The notes beneath the pieces are model-generated. The model ran no database searches and had not been told where the DNA came from. It saw only the letters and a list, made by a program, of their open reading frames with translations. A program made the position numbers and the translations under genes. Source: Stegostoma tigrinum (lineage: Eukaryota). Taken from it: DNA of 64,000 bases. How positions within the stretch are numbered: position 1 is the stretch's first letter; every line of letters starts with the position of its first letter. The stretch spans positions 2,108,001 to 2,172,000 of the forward strand of contig NC_081358.1 in assembly GCF_030684315.1 (NCBI RefSeq), in the 5' to 3' direction. Shown here in pieces: positions 23,347 through 36,571 of this stretch.

Positions 23347-26300
23347 AGATCAGATCTAAGCTCAGCAGTCCTATCACATCCAGTTGTGAATGGTGGTGGG
23401 CAATTAAACAGCTCACTGGAAGAGGAAGCTCCTCAAATATCCCCATTCTCAATGGTTGAAGAGACCAGCACATCAGTGCATAAGATAAGGCGGAAGTATT
23501 CTCTGCAATCTTCAGCCAGAAGTGCCAAGTGGATTACCCATTTTGGTCTCCACCAGTCCCCAGGTTTACAGATACCAGTCTTCAACCAATTCGATTCACT
23601 CTGTGATATCAAGAAATGGTAGGAGACACTGGATACTGCAAAGGCTTCAGGCCTTGACAACATTGCAGCAATAGTACTGAAGGCTTGTGCTCCAGAACAT
23701 GCTGTTCCCCCAGCCAAGCTGTTCCAGTATAGCTACAACACTGGTATCTGCTCGACAATTTGGAAAATTGTCCAAGTATATCCTGTACGTAAAAAGCAGG
23801 ACAAATCCGACAAATCCAACACCGCCCCATCAATTTACTCTCGATCGTCAGTAAAGTGATGGAAGGTTTCATCAACGGTGCTATCAAGCAGCATTGGCTC
23901 AGCGATGACTTGTTCAGTGACGCCCAGTTTGGATTCTGCCAGGGCCACTCAGCTTCTGACCACATTACACCCTTAGTTCAAACATGGACAAAAGAGCTGA
24001 ATTCCAGAACTGGGTGATAGACCCTGACATCAAGGCTGCATTTGACAGAGTGTGGCATCAGGTAATCTGAGCAAAACTGGAATCGTTGGGTATCAGGGGG
24101 CAAACTGTCCGATGGTTGGAGTCATACCTGATACATAGGAAGATGGTCGAGTTGTTAGATGTCAATCATTTCATCTCCGGGGCATCTCTGTGGGCGTTCC
24201 TCAGGGTAGTGTCCCAGGTCCACCATCTTCAGCAATGACCTTCTCTCCATCATAAGGTCAGAATGGGGATGTTGGCAATAACTGCACAATGTTCAGCACC
24301 GTTCATAGCTCCTCAGATACTGAAGCAGTCCATATTCACATGCAACAAGATCTGGACAATATCCAGGCTTGAGCTGACAAGTGGCAAGTAAAATTCATGC
24401 CACACAAATGCCAGGCTATGACCATCTCCATTAAGAGACAATCTAACCACTCTTCCTTGGCATTCAATGGTATTACCATCATTGAACCCCCACTATCAAT
24501 ATCCTGCGGGTTATCATTGACCAGGAACTCACCACATAAACACAGTGGCTACAAGAGCAGGTCAGAGGCTAGGAATACTGTGGTGAGTAACTCACCTCCT
24601 GACTCCTCAAAGCCTGTCCACCATCTGTAAGGCACAAGTCAGCAGTGTGATGGAATACTCCCCACTTGCCTGGATGAGTGCAGCCCCAACAACACTCAAG
24701 AAGCTTGATACCACCGACACTCAGTGTGTACTATCTACAAGATGCACTGCAGAAATTCGCCCAAGATCCTCAGGCCATTAAAACTTCCAACTCGAAGAAC
24801 GATGGCAGCAGGTATATGGGAACACCACCCACCTTCATGTTCCCTTCCAAGCCACTCACCAGCCTGACTGGAAAAAAAATCACCATTCCTCATTGTCACT
24901 GGGTCAAAGTCCTGGTATTCCCTTCCTAATGGCATTGTGGATCAACTTACAGCAGGTAGACTGCAGCACCTGCCTCAAGGACTACCAGGGACAGGCAATA
25001 AATGCTGGTACGCCAACAATGCCCACTCCCACAATATAATATTTTTTAAAAATCTTAAGTTGTCTAGATAAACGTTTGTAACTCCTTATGCTCTCTAGAC
25101 TGATTACTTTCCCACATAAATTTGTTGATGACACAAAGATATCAACCGTACCTTTGGTCTCTTAATCCAAGTAATTTATGTAGCTGTGAAAGGCTACATC
25201 TTGCCAACCAGAAAATTACTCAGAATTACTCTCGTATTTGAAAGGTGGCTGAAAGAACAACTATGGGAATACAATGTGAACCCAAGATTAGGATTTTGTG
25301 TTTGTGTTTGGAGGACAAACATCAGCATGGATTGACTGGGTCAAATGCCCTGCCTCTCAGTTGTTAATTTCTGACAATTACTTAACGGCCAGTTACAGTG
25401 TTGGAAATAAACCCTATGTGTTGATACATTTCTGTGCAGTACTGGCTGAGAGCCCTGAGCAGGAAGAATATATTAAGTTGAAAGCTTGCAGTTTTGTTGA
25501 GTTAGTTTAACCAGTTAATACAAAGAAGAAGCGAGCCCTATGTTTATATGAAGCAATTATGTCTCCAAGATGCCCCAAAGAATTTTGTGAATGGTGAATC
25601 ATAATATAGCCACTACAAGAAAACATAACAGCCATTATGTATTCTACCATGTCTCCCAAATAGCAAACGAATTAATGACCAGTTACTTTGATGCTGACAG
25701 TGTGTAAATCCTGTCTGCTTCTCAAGGTGGATATAAAGGACAAAAGTTTTCCCGAGTGTCGTGAGCGATAAATATTGCTCAATCAGCACGAACGCAGAGA
25801 GTGTTTCTTCTTGTGAGGGAGCTGTAGATCATCATTGAGGTTGGCACCAAGAAACCTAATAGGGAATTTGGAACAAATTTCTTGACTCAAAGAATGATGA
25901 GAATGTAGAAGTTGATCCGCAGGTGTAATTGAAGCAAATCAGTGCATTTAAGAGCAAACTAAGCAAGTAAGCTAGAGAGAGGAATAATACCATAAAAACA
26001 GTGTGCTGGAAAAACCCAGTGAGTCTGACAGTACTTGAGAAGAGAGAAACAGAGTTAACCTTTTGAGCCAAATATGACACTTCTTTGGAACTGATGGTAG
26101 ATTTAAATAGACCAAGATGGGAAGAGGCTCAGGAGGTAGTAAAATGCTGGCACAAACTAGTCAGAATATTGGCCTTTTTTTTTAATCATTAGTATTGTAT
26201 CCTGTGTGAAACAAACATTACCAATATAGGAAAGCATGGTCATTATTTTCATTTGTTTTTGTAACCATTCTGTCCACAAATTGACTGTTGTGATTGCTGC

Positions 26301-26500
26301 TAAGTGCAAGAGAAGGTTTGAGCAAAGGTGCAACAAAAGACCAAGGCTGAGAAGCATCTTTTCAATGCACTTTTTGTTTGCATCTTATTGAATAAGGATT
26401 CATTGATGGTTATAAATAATGAAATTTTGATAAATGAATATTTATTGTTGAGACTGGAGGTATGAAGTTGTAACTGATATATAATTGTCCTATTTTGCAG

Positions 26501-26558
26501 TGGGAGCAGGTTTGGTGGAGTGATCACTGTAGTTTGCTTTTTTTTTAACCATGGTGAG
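26501..26558 (+). CDS. dpy19l1l: DPY19L1-like exon 7 (GSRFGGVITVVCFFFNHGE)
   Basis: TTTTGCAG acceptor, GAG|GTAAGC donor. Confidence 0.95.
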
Positions 26559-28927
26559 GTAAGCATAACAGATTTTAAAATTCTACTTTTATTTCAGTCT
26601 TATTTTGCGGTCACCTGTGTTTGATTTTTCATTGTTGTAAAGATATTGTTTAGCCCTTGCATTATTAAGCTGCTTCTTTGTTGAATTCGGTGTCTCAAGC
26701 CTAAAGCTGGCACCATTGGTGGGCAGATTCGCTCCTGACAATTCTGATAGTTGAAACTTCAGTTCATCCAAAATTCCTGTTGCTGGTGTCCTTAGTCCTA
26801 CACTGCTGCATTCCCTGACCCTTTGACCTTCCATATCTACTTCGAGTATGATTGGCAATTCATGTCCTAGTGTGTGAAAGTGAAACTTCATGTCCAGTTT
26901 TCAAATCAAGGCGTTGCTAAATACTGTTGAAGCTCTTTGTATGCATGACTAGTGAATTATTTGTGTTAAGCATTGGTGCAACAAAAGCATTTTAAACAAA
27001 ACTTCCGAATCACTGTGCCAAGACACAGAAAATTCAGAAAAGTTAATAAGATTTTCAATATGTCTTTGTTTAGGCTCTAATGTTCCTCATTGGTTCTTAA
27101 AAGGTGCAAGCTTTACTGACAAATTAGTAATTTAAAATAATATTACTGTATCTGCTGAACATATATTAATGGATAAACTGATATTTAAATAGCAAACTAG
27201 TTGAAAACGTTTTGTATTCACATTAACATTGGAATTGAAATCTTAATTTTAGATCAGATGTTGAAGCAATGCTTTAACTTTTGAGAGAAATATGCAGTTG
27301 CTAAATGAACTTAATGTTTCTTCTCTGCCTGCTCTGATCTTATTTTAACAACTATTTAATTTTAATGACACTTTTAATGCAGGAGCACTCAACCCATTCA
27401 TCATGTTAAAATGTTAATATGTCTCCTTACTGAGTGTGGATCAGCTTTCTAAAATATGATGACTTGTTTTATTAGCCATACTAAACTTGTTGTTAATTGT
27501 AATTTTCTAATTCCCTTATACTTCCCAGCATACTGTTTTCTTAAATGGACGACAGGATATTCCAGCCCAATGGCACTTTGATCAATCTTCTAAGGACCAC
27601 ACTTAAAAGCCGAAATTTCATCTATTTTCCTGTGCCCTTGACCCCAAACAGTTCATCAACCTCCTACTCCACCAATCCAGATGGTGCTTGCTGGGGAATG
27701 GTTTCAGAGAAAGCCATTGCCTTCTGGTACCATCTGCAAGAAGCCTTTGTTTATGTGTGAGTTTCAACAATAAACAGCAGGCTATTTGACCGTTTGGTTG
27801 AACCATGCAAGCCTGTTTCTGTCCATGACTGACCTTGTGTCACAAAGACTTGAGGAAACCTGGAACCCCATTGAATTTGGCTATTTTCTAATTTGGTGCC
27901 TTCTAACATATTGATTTACTTGATTGAGCATATTATGAAATAACTAAATACAAAGTGACTTAGCAATAGTAGAAAATTGAAAGGAAAGCAGAAAATGCCG
28001 GATTACTGAATAAGTTTGGTAGAATCAGTGAAGAGAAAGAGTTAACTGTGCTGAATTTTGATGACAGATTATCATTGTAAAATATTAATTATGTTTTCTC
28101 AGATGCTAGCTCACCTGAATAATTCTAATGTTTCTGTTTTTATTTTAACGTGCAGTAATTTGCTTTTATCTGAAAATATTAATCTTGTTTTAAATTAATG
28201 ATGCGCCAGGATCTGGAGCAGTAACCAGTATCTGCGTGCGAGCAGACACAGCATTGTTGTGTTTGTGCACTTTAACCAAAAAATCTAGAAGCCTGGCGAA
28301 ACATTTGTATAGCAACTTGAGAGTATGGAATCTTACGAAGCTTCATGATTTGCAGGTTGTTGAGAGCAATGCAATAGTTGGGCCAAGTCCAGTTTCTAAT
28401 TGAGAAACTGTGGTTAGCTGCACTTATTTAGTACAGTGTAATGGCTGATGCAAGATTGTTCATTGGGGTAATCACAGGTAGCTGTGAGTGGTTCGTGACT
28501 TGGCACAGTTCCGGCATTTAAATGAAGGAACAGAGCAGGGATAGGCCACTTGACCACTCTAGTCTGCTGTCCCATTTATCAAGATTGTCACTAATCTGAT
28601 GGTAGCCTCAATTCCTCAATCTAATTTACCCTAACCTTAATTTGGGTCCTTTTTAGGATTCTTATATTTTTTCTATTATCTTGCCATGGTATTTTGCTGT
28701 CTGAATAATTGAATATTTTCCTAATTCCTTTTCATTGATCAAGGTATTACTGTTACCTTAGTGAATGTTCCATTTGTTATTTGTGGGAATACATTGAGGT
28801 TGTTATTCCTGTCCATGTGGAATGTAGGTAGTAGGGTTTTTTTGGTTGAAAGGGAAATACTTGAGTAAGCTGTTGGATTTTAATTTACTGAGGAACTCTA
28901 TGCTGAGCAGCTGTTCTTTCGTTTTAG

Positions 28928-29019
28928 TGTACAAGAGTCATGTGGACCCCTCCTCTCCGTGAGAGCTTCTCCTATCCATTTTTAATTTTGCAGATGCTGC
29001 TTTTAACCCGCATACTAAG
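28928..29019 (+). CDS. dpy19l1l: DPY19L1-like exon 8 ([31 protein letters not shown])
   Basis: TTTTAG acceptor, AG|GTACTA donor; invariant PPLRESF motif. Confidence 0.96.
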
Positions 29020-29128
29020 GTACTAACCTTCATCTTCCTGTTTGAAAATTCCTTGTTATGTTGAGTGCACGTGCAGTCACAATTAATGTCTGCGTTAAAA
29101 TGTTTTATATGCATTTTCCTTTCAACAG

Positions 29129-29228
29129 AAGAGTCTGTGTGGAAAAGAGGACCTTTGTTTCATTTTGTATTGCAACTATTCTGTTCCTGCTTCCATGGCA
29201 GTTTGCACAATTTGTGCTCCTTACACAG
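29129..29228 (+). CDS. dpy19l1l: DPY19L1-like exon 9 (RVCVEKRTF...LPWQFAQFVLLTQ)
   Basis: TTCAACAG acceptor, CAG|GTGAGG donor; lies within ORF 29058..29261. Confidence 0.94.
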
Positions 29229-30948
29229 GTGAGGAACATTGACACAAATGGTAAAAGTTGAGATTTCCTTTCTAGACTTAAAAGAAACTAACTAAACAGA
29301 CAAGCACACACGTTTCTGCTACACAATGTCTTTGTCTTTGTCTCTCGGACAAAAACACTAATGGGAAATATTAATGATAATCGTGTCTAGCTTTTACACT
29401 AATATTTGACATTTGAATGATAAGATTTTGATGTTTCTGACTACAAAAAAATCCTATATTAAAAACTTCAGGTTATTTTGAGAGTAGTTTGTGTCTTTTT
29501 ACAGCTCCATGTTTTAGGCCAAATGACCACAATCTTAGTGCATTGCAAACTTGTTTCTGCTTTAATAACATGTCATCCTGCAGACCAAATATTTTGCTTA
29601 CTGGCAGATAATTTTTAATGCCCCAATTCTTTTGTTATTATAGACAAATAGGCAGAGGATCCCATCTGTCATTTGTAGAACTACAATTTATATAATTAAC
29701 ATATGCCTACTTGACCTGGAAACTGAGATTTATGATGCACGCTGTCTTTTTTGCACAATGTTGTATTTAATAATTAATTCAAATTGATGAGCCGTGCTGA
29801 GAGGTTAGAGTACATAAGTGTCTTTCGTGTTCTGTCTGGTAAAACTATAACAACCCAGATGTCTCCCAGGGTGCTGTTCCTGAATAGTTAATGGCTCAGA
29901 GCACTGTTTCTCATATATTACTTCAACTAATGTAATGTCACCACTTTATTTCTTGTCGCAGTCTGGTTCATCAGTCAGGCAGGCACAAGGTTAAGGAATG
30001 GGGATGGTGGGGCGATCTGTTGCTACGTGATGAACCTGTCAAAAATTGGCAATGGAGGATTGCATTGAGGTTTGGTGTCTTTGGGAAGAAGCGCTCTATC
30101 GTAACTCCTGTATCTATCATTCCCTATAATCCAGGGAGATGTTAAATTATCGAAGAGCAGTTTACTTTTTGTTTATGTTTTTGTGTCATTTTGGTATTGC
30201 TTTGACAATGTGTATCTTAATTCTCACTTGTCTATTATCTTGTTTGTTAGTCTTGCCCCCCACATTCACTCGTAATCAATTTGTTGTTTTTCACTCATTA
30301 GTCTCACAGTCATTTCTCATGTCAATACTTGTCACTCATATTTTAATCATTTCTATTGACATTTTGTTTCTGAAGTACTCAGCTTTATTCTGTTTGGCTG
30401 GGGAGAGAACAGTGAATTTTGGCCTCCTGTTTTCAGATGATTATTTTCAAAAAAAGACACCAAGAATGTTTTGGCAGGGTGCAAATATCTGTGTATGCTT
30501 TTAATTTTCTGGACATCAACTCATTTGTATTGTGTGCTGCCTACTTGTGGGTCGGTTGGATAAGAGAATTAACAGTTGGTGATTCACAGCCCCCTGATGG
30601 CAGCAGATTCCATGTATTTGTCAGTTTTTAATGAGGTCAGTTCTGCCATGATGTCCCAATGGAATTTGTTTTAACATCAAACAAATTGGCATTTTTCTTG
30701 TGAATATGTAATTGCTACGAAATTGTATTTCAGTTCACTAAACTAGTTGGTGCGTCTTTTAGTACAATGCAATTGTTTGAACCTTTGAGCAAATAATGTA
30801 TTTCAATAAATATTATGTGATCCTACTTTTGCCAATTTGTGAATTATGTCTGTGTGAGATATATTGGGATTTGTTAGTAATCCTGTTTTATTCTGATTCA
30901 GAGTTGCTTCCTTTTTGTTTAGTCATTGTACTCTCCTTATTCTTTTAG

Positions 30949-31026
30949 GTTGCATCGCTCTTTGTGACATATATTTTGGGGTATATTGATGCCTGCAAGC
31001 TGCTAAACATCCTTTATGCTCATATG
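30949..31026 (+). CDS. dpy19l1l: DPY19L1-like exon 10 (VASLFVTYILGYIDACKLLNILYAHM)
   Basis: TCTTTTAG acceptor, ATG|GTAAAA donor. Confidence 0.93.
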
Positions 31027-31529
31027 GTAAAATATTCTGTGTTCTTTGTATTTAGTGTTGAAAAAGTGGATGTACAATATGTGAAAACAAATATTATCTG
31101 AGGATTTTTTTTGCAATAGGCACACCTACAGTGTGAATATTGATAATTTAACTGAGCGGAAATTTGAAATTATTGAAATAGTCTTTCCTCTTCATCCTTT
31201 CTTAAACCTTAACTTAATTTGCTAAAATCTTTACTTCCTTGGGCTTCTCTGGTCTGACTGAATTAGTTTTAGTATTTCAAGTTCCTGGTTTTAATTTTTG
31301 TTCCTTAGTGCTGGCAATTCATATGGATCACCAGTATCCATTTAAGTCCTGGAATTTCGGTAGTATGACATTCAGTGGTTTGTTTTGCTACTAGAAAAGA
31401 AAATATCTGGTTTTTAATTTTGCACTGGACTACAAAGGTGAAGGAAATATTTGAGTGGAAACAGGTTTAATCAGCAAACTTAAGGATTTTTTTAAAAAGG
31501 GTCATTTTAATGTTGCATAAGTAATAGTA

Positions 31530-32420
31530 AGCCTGAGGACTGGGAGTTTTAGAACCAGCATGCCATGATCAAACAGTTCATTTTACAAGATTAAAGATAG
31601 AACATGATATTAAATTAGCCAGGAATATAAAAGCAGATTATTAGATTATCTGAAAAGAAGAGTAGCTAAAGTAAACATCGGTCCCTTAGAAGCAAAGACA
31701 GGAGAAAATGTCATGGAAAATGTGAAAATAGTCTTGTTAGTGATCTGTTTGTTATTGCACCAAACAATAGAAGTTAATTTGAAACAGTATTTAATTGCTC
31801 TTAGGATAAAATCCCAGAGTGTGAATGTGGCTGTGGAGATGATAGTTTTTTTGATAATATTGTGACTGCTGTAGTAAGTGGGGTTGCATTATGAGAATAA
31901 GTCTTGTTCTCATTATATAGGGCTGTTGTGAAACTACACCAGGACTACTGTAGTTTTTGCCTCTGCATCTATTGAAGAATTTACTTGGACTGGAAGCAGT
32001 AAAAGAAGTTTTACTAGATTTGTTTTTGGCATGTGAGGGTTGCTCAGTGATGAGAGGCTGTCTAAGTTGGGTCTAAACACTCGAGTTCAGAAAGATGAGG
32101 GGTGATATTAGGGAAACATACAGGATTCTAAAGGGTCTTGACAGGGTAGAAGGATACATTGTTACCTCTGGTTGTTCAATCTAGAACACATTAGTGATTG
32201 GGAATCAATCATGTAAGTAGAGTTTAGAGCAAATTTCTTCATCTTTTGAGAATTCTGTAGCCCAGACGTTATGGATGCTACGTTGGTGTTACCTATTTAA
32301 GACTGAGACAATTTTTTGGTTTAAGGAAATTAGGAGAGTCAGCAGAAAAGTGGAGATCTGTTGGAAGGTCAGTCATGATCATATTGGATGGTGGCAGAGG
32401 TTTGAAGAAGGTATGCTTCT
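31530..32420 (+). mobile_element. Old CR1 remnant whose RT domain is deleted and replaced by a 125-bp local duplication
   Basis: 31530-31730 resembles pre-RT ORF2 (KLARNIK, RVAKVNIGPLE); 31860-32420 resembles the ORF2 C-terminus and 3' end. Confidence 0.6.
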
Positions 32421-33074
32421 AATATTGGTTTCAGTTTATGAAGATCTGTAGAATCACACAGGTAATATGTGACGAAAGTAACCTGCTTCAAATTATATTC
32501 AGAATGTTAACAGAATAGACTGCTGGCTGAAAAGAAAGTTCATTTGTATTTTTTCTGACAATAAGAGCATTAAATTAAAAATATTTATGATATTTTTAGT
32601 TGAACTATTAGCTTGTATTTGACTGAGGAAATAGTTTAGTGTGCTTCTGGCTTCAGACAAGAAACAAAGGTAAGAAAGATTAGAGTGATTAGGCTCCAGA
32701 GCTATAAACAAAAACTCCTTGCATAATTTCTCAGTATGCTGATTTTAAATCATCAGGAACAGTCTTCTTTCTGCATTTGTATTCAAGCACCATCATAAAA
32801 TTGTATAAAACAAAATACTGAAGATGTTGGAAATCTAAAGTAGAGAAAGAATAGTGGGACTATCCAGTAGATCAAGCAGCAATCTGTGGAAAGACAAACG
32901 AAGTTATCATTTCCACTCAATGACTTTTCATCAGAAAATTCAATAGTCTGTCTTGTTAGTGATCTGTTTGTTATTGCACCAAACAATAGAAGTTAATTTG
33001 AAACAGTATTTAATTGCTTTTAAGATAAAATCCCAGAGTGTGAATGTGGCTGTGGAGATTATGGTTTCTTTGAT
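31731..33074 (+). repeat. Direct duplication of ~125 bp (31731-31855 and 32950-33074)
   Basis: GTCTTGTTAGTGATCTGTTTGTTATTGCACCAAACAATAGAAG...GTGGCTGTGGAGAT occurs twice, 1219 bp apart, with few mismatches. Confidence 0.95.
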
Positions 33075-33287
33075 ATAATTAGTGGTAAGATTTGGAACTG
33101 AATTCAGTGCTTTGGAGAAGCAGGTCCTATTCCAGTTCTTTGTGAAGTCAGGAGGGTAGCATCTTTGGGGCTTACACAGCACTATCAGTGTGTGAATATC
33201 GATTGGTCTTCGAGTGTTTTAACCACAGTTGTGTGCCCACATTTTTATTCTTTGCTCTTCCTTTCTTCACTGTACATACAAAGTCTC

Positions 33288-34340
33288 TGGTGGCTAAAGT
33301 CATACCTGACACACAGATCATGGCCGTTGCAGGTCAGTCATCTCAGCTCCAGGACATCTCTGCAGGAGTTCCTCAGGGGTAGTGTCCTTGGTCCAAATAT
33401 CTTCAGCTGCTTCATCATTGACCTTCCCTCCATCATAGGGTCAGAAGGGAGGATGCTTGCCAATTATTGCACAACATTCAGCCCCATTCATGAATCCTCA
33501 GATACAGACCAGGTTCACATTCAACAAGATCTGGATAATATCCAGGCTTGGGCTGACAAGTGACAAGTAACATTTGTGCCACGCAAATGTCAGGCTGTCA
33601 CCATCACCAATAAGAGACAGTCTAATCATTTTGCCTTGATATTCAATTGTGTTACCGTTACTGAACCCCCCACTGTCAACACCCTTGGGGTTATCTTTGA
33701 CCAGATACTCAACCGGCCTCACCACGTAAACAGAGTGGCTGCAAGAGCAGTTCAGAAGCTGGGAATACTGCAGGAGTAACTCACCACCTGACTCCTCAAA
33801 GCCTGTCCACTATCTATAAGGCACAAATCAGGAGAGTGGTGGAACACTCCCCGCTTGCCTGGATGAGTGCCGCCCCAACAACACTCAAGCTTGACACTAT
33901 CCAGGAAAAAGCAACCCACTTGATTGGCACCACATCCACAAGCATCCATTCCGTCCACTATTGACACTCAGTATACACTGCTGCTACTATTTACAAGATA
34001 CACGGCAGAAGTTCACCAAAGATCCTCAGCCTACACCTTCCAAACCCATGTCCACTTCAATCTAGAAGGACCAGGGCATCCGACGTATGGGAATCCCACC
34101 ACTTTCAAGTTTCCCTCCAACCGACTCACTATCGTGACTTGGAAATATATTGCTATTCCTTCACTGTCGCTGGGTCAAAATCCTGGAATTCCCTCCCTAA
34201 TAGCATTGTGGGTCAACCCACTGCAGGTGGACTGCAGTGGTTCAAGAAGGTAGCCTGCTGCAATGTTCTCAAGGGCCACTAGTGATGGGCTATAAATGCT
34301 GGCCAGTCAGCAACGCCCACATCCTACAAATGAATAAAGA
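33288..34340 (+). mobile_element. CR1/L2-clade LINE, 5'-truncated (same family as 22394-25040)
   Basis: SAGVPQG.SVLGP, QQDLDNIQAWADK, IYKAQIR; matching 3' tail. Confidence 0.88.
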
Positions 34341-34506
34341 AAAGAAAATAGATTCTCCTCTCTGGCTTTCTTTGGAGTCTACTATGAAATAACTGATTTG
34401 ATGTTTTTGGATTAAAGATAGCCTTCAGAGGTATCTGGAGGAGTTGGTGAGAGGTTACACAGATTTCAAGCATTTTATCTTTACCTTTTACTGCTTCCCT
34501 CCACAG

Positions 34507-34593
34507 ATATCCCTGCTTATTTGTTTTGTGTTAATGTTTGGAAATGCCATGCTGTTATGCTCCTATTACGCTTCATCTCTGGCAGTCATTTGG
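34507..34593 (+). CDS. dpy19l1l: DPY19L1-like exon 11 (ISLLICFVLMFGNAMLLCSYYASSLAVIW)
   Basis: CCACAG acceptor, TGG|GTAAGT donor; conserved LMFGN.MLL.S.YASSL. Confidence 0.95.
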
Positions 34594-34754
34594 GTAAGTA
34601 CGTTCTATCAAGCACATCTATAACATTTAGCCAGAACATTCAAGCTCTTTCTTTCTATTTTTATATTCTTATCCTAGTCCTTCTCCCTACATTTTCTCAA
34701 ATTATTTTGCTTTCTGTCTCCTGTTCTGGCTCTCTATCTCACTTGCTGCAAACA

Positions 34755-36571
34755 ACCACCCCACCCACCCACATAGGTCCATGATTCATCTGATGCCTTA
34801 CGCCGGTTTCAAAGCTTCCAATTTACTGGCTCTAGCCACCTCTTCTTTACCGTGGACGTGCAATCCCTTTACACATCCATTCCCCACCAGGAGGTTCTTA
34901 GGGCTGTCTGCTTCCTCCTGGAGCAAAGACCTGAACCATCCCCCCACTCCCCCCATCACCGCCCTTCTCCACTTGGCCGAGCTTGTTCTCACCCTCAACA
35001 ACTTCTCTTTCAACTCCTCTCATTTTCTTCAGGTAAGAGGGGTTGCCATGGGTACCCGCATGGGCCCAAGTTATGCCTGTCTCTTCATGGGGTATGTGGA
35101 GCATTCCTTGTTCCAGTCCTATTCCGGCCCCTACCCACAACTCTTTCTCTGATACATTGATGTCATCAGTGCTGCTTCGCTGTCTCATCAAGAATTGGAA
35201 AACTTCATCAATTTCACCTCCAATTTCCACCCTGCCCTCACTTTCACCTGATCTATCTCTGGCTCTTCCCTTCCTTTCATCGACATTTCTGTTTCCATTT
35301 CAGGGCATAGACTGGCCACTAATATCCATTACAAACCCACCAACTCCCACAGCTACTTAGACTATACATCCTCACACTCCACTTTCTGCAAAGACTCCAT
35401 CCCATTTTCTCAGTTCCTCCGTCTCCGTTGCAAATGTTCAGATGAGGCCAACTTCGACAAGGGAGCCTCCGAATGTCAACATTCTTTCTCAACTGAGGAT
35501 TCCCCAGCTCCGTTGTTGACAGGGCCCTCAATTGGGTCCGACCCATCTCTCTCACTTCTGCCCTCACCCCTTCTCTTTGCTCCCACAACAGTGATAGGGT
35601 CCCCCTTATCCCCACCTGCCATCCCACCAGCATCCACATCCAGAAGATCGTCAGACGCCATTTCTGCCACCTCCAGCAAGATGCCACCACCAGACACATA
35701 TTGTCCTCCCCGCCCTTGTCCACCTTCTGCAGGGACCGTTCCCTCCGGAACACCCTGGTCCACACTTCCTTCACCCCCAACACCTCCCCACAGCCCTACG
35801 GCACCTTCCCTGAAACCTACGAAGGTGCAACACCTGCCCATTCACCTCGCTCCCCAGAATCCAAGGGCCCAAACATACCTTCCAGGTGAAGCAACACTTC
35901 ACCTGCACTTCCAAGAATCTAGTCTACTGCATTTGCTGCTCACAATGTGGTCCCCTCTACATTGGGGAAACGAAGCGTCGACTTGATGGTTGGTTCGCAG
36001 AACGTCTACGTTCTACTCGCAAGAAAGACCCTGAACTACCTGTTGCCTGCCACTTCAATGTACCTCCTTGTTCCCTGGCCAATATCTCGGTCACCGGCTT
36101 GCTACAGTGTTCCAGTGAAGCCCAGCACTAGCTGGAGGAACAACACCTCATTCTCCGCTTGGGGACCCTACAGCCCTCCGGACTCAATATTGATTTCAAT
36201 AATTTTAGGACCTAAACTCCCCCATATCCCAGCCCCCCCACCCCACACACCAGGCCTTGTTACCACACAGCCTACCACTACACACCCCCTCTTGTTCGTC
36301 ACTAACAGTCCCCATTAACAACTACTCACCCTCCCAGCCTGACCGTCAGCAACTCCTTTGTCTGTCCAACTGTCTTTCTCTCTCTTTGGGCTCTATCCTA
36401 TTGTTTACTTCCAACCCCACCCACCTCCCTGTTTTCTGCATATAAACTGATGTTTTCCCAGCCGCCATCAGTTCTGAGGAAGGGTCACCAGACCCGAAAC
36501 GTTAACTCTGTTTTCTCCTCCACAGATGCTGCCAGACCTGCTGAGTTTTTCTAGCAATTTTGTTTTTGTTC
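34755..36571 (+). mobile_element. Penelope-like retroelement, family B, 5'-truncated (RT plus GIY-YIG, 3' pseudo-LTR)
   Basis: [70 protein letters not shown]; several stops and frameshifts; candidate TSD CTGCAAACA at 34746-34754 and 36572-36580. Confidence 0.92.
36469..36507 (+). ncRNA. Minimal hammerhead ribozyme motif in the family B pseudo-LTR, sense to the host pre-mRNA
   Basis: agtt-CTGAGGA-a-GGGTC acca GACCC-GAAAC-GTT-aact; perfect helix II and 4-bp helix I. Confidence 0.72.

Larger units (their letters stand above)
22394..25040 (+). mobile_element. Decayed CR1/L2-clade LINE ORF2 (APE endonuclease plus RT), interrupted by a mini-PLE
   Basis: LWVGDFN and EPTRG (APE), QFGF, DIKAAFDRVWH, PQGS (RT); many frameshifts; 3' end GGCAATAAATGCTGG. 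Confidence 0.88.
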
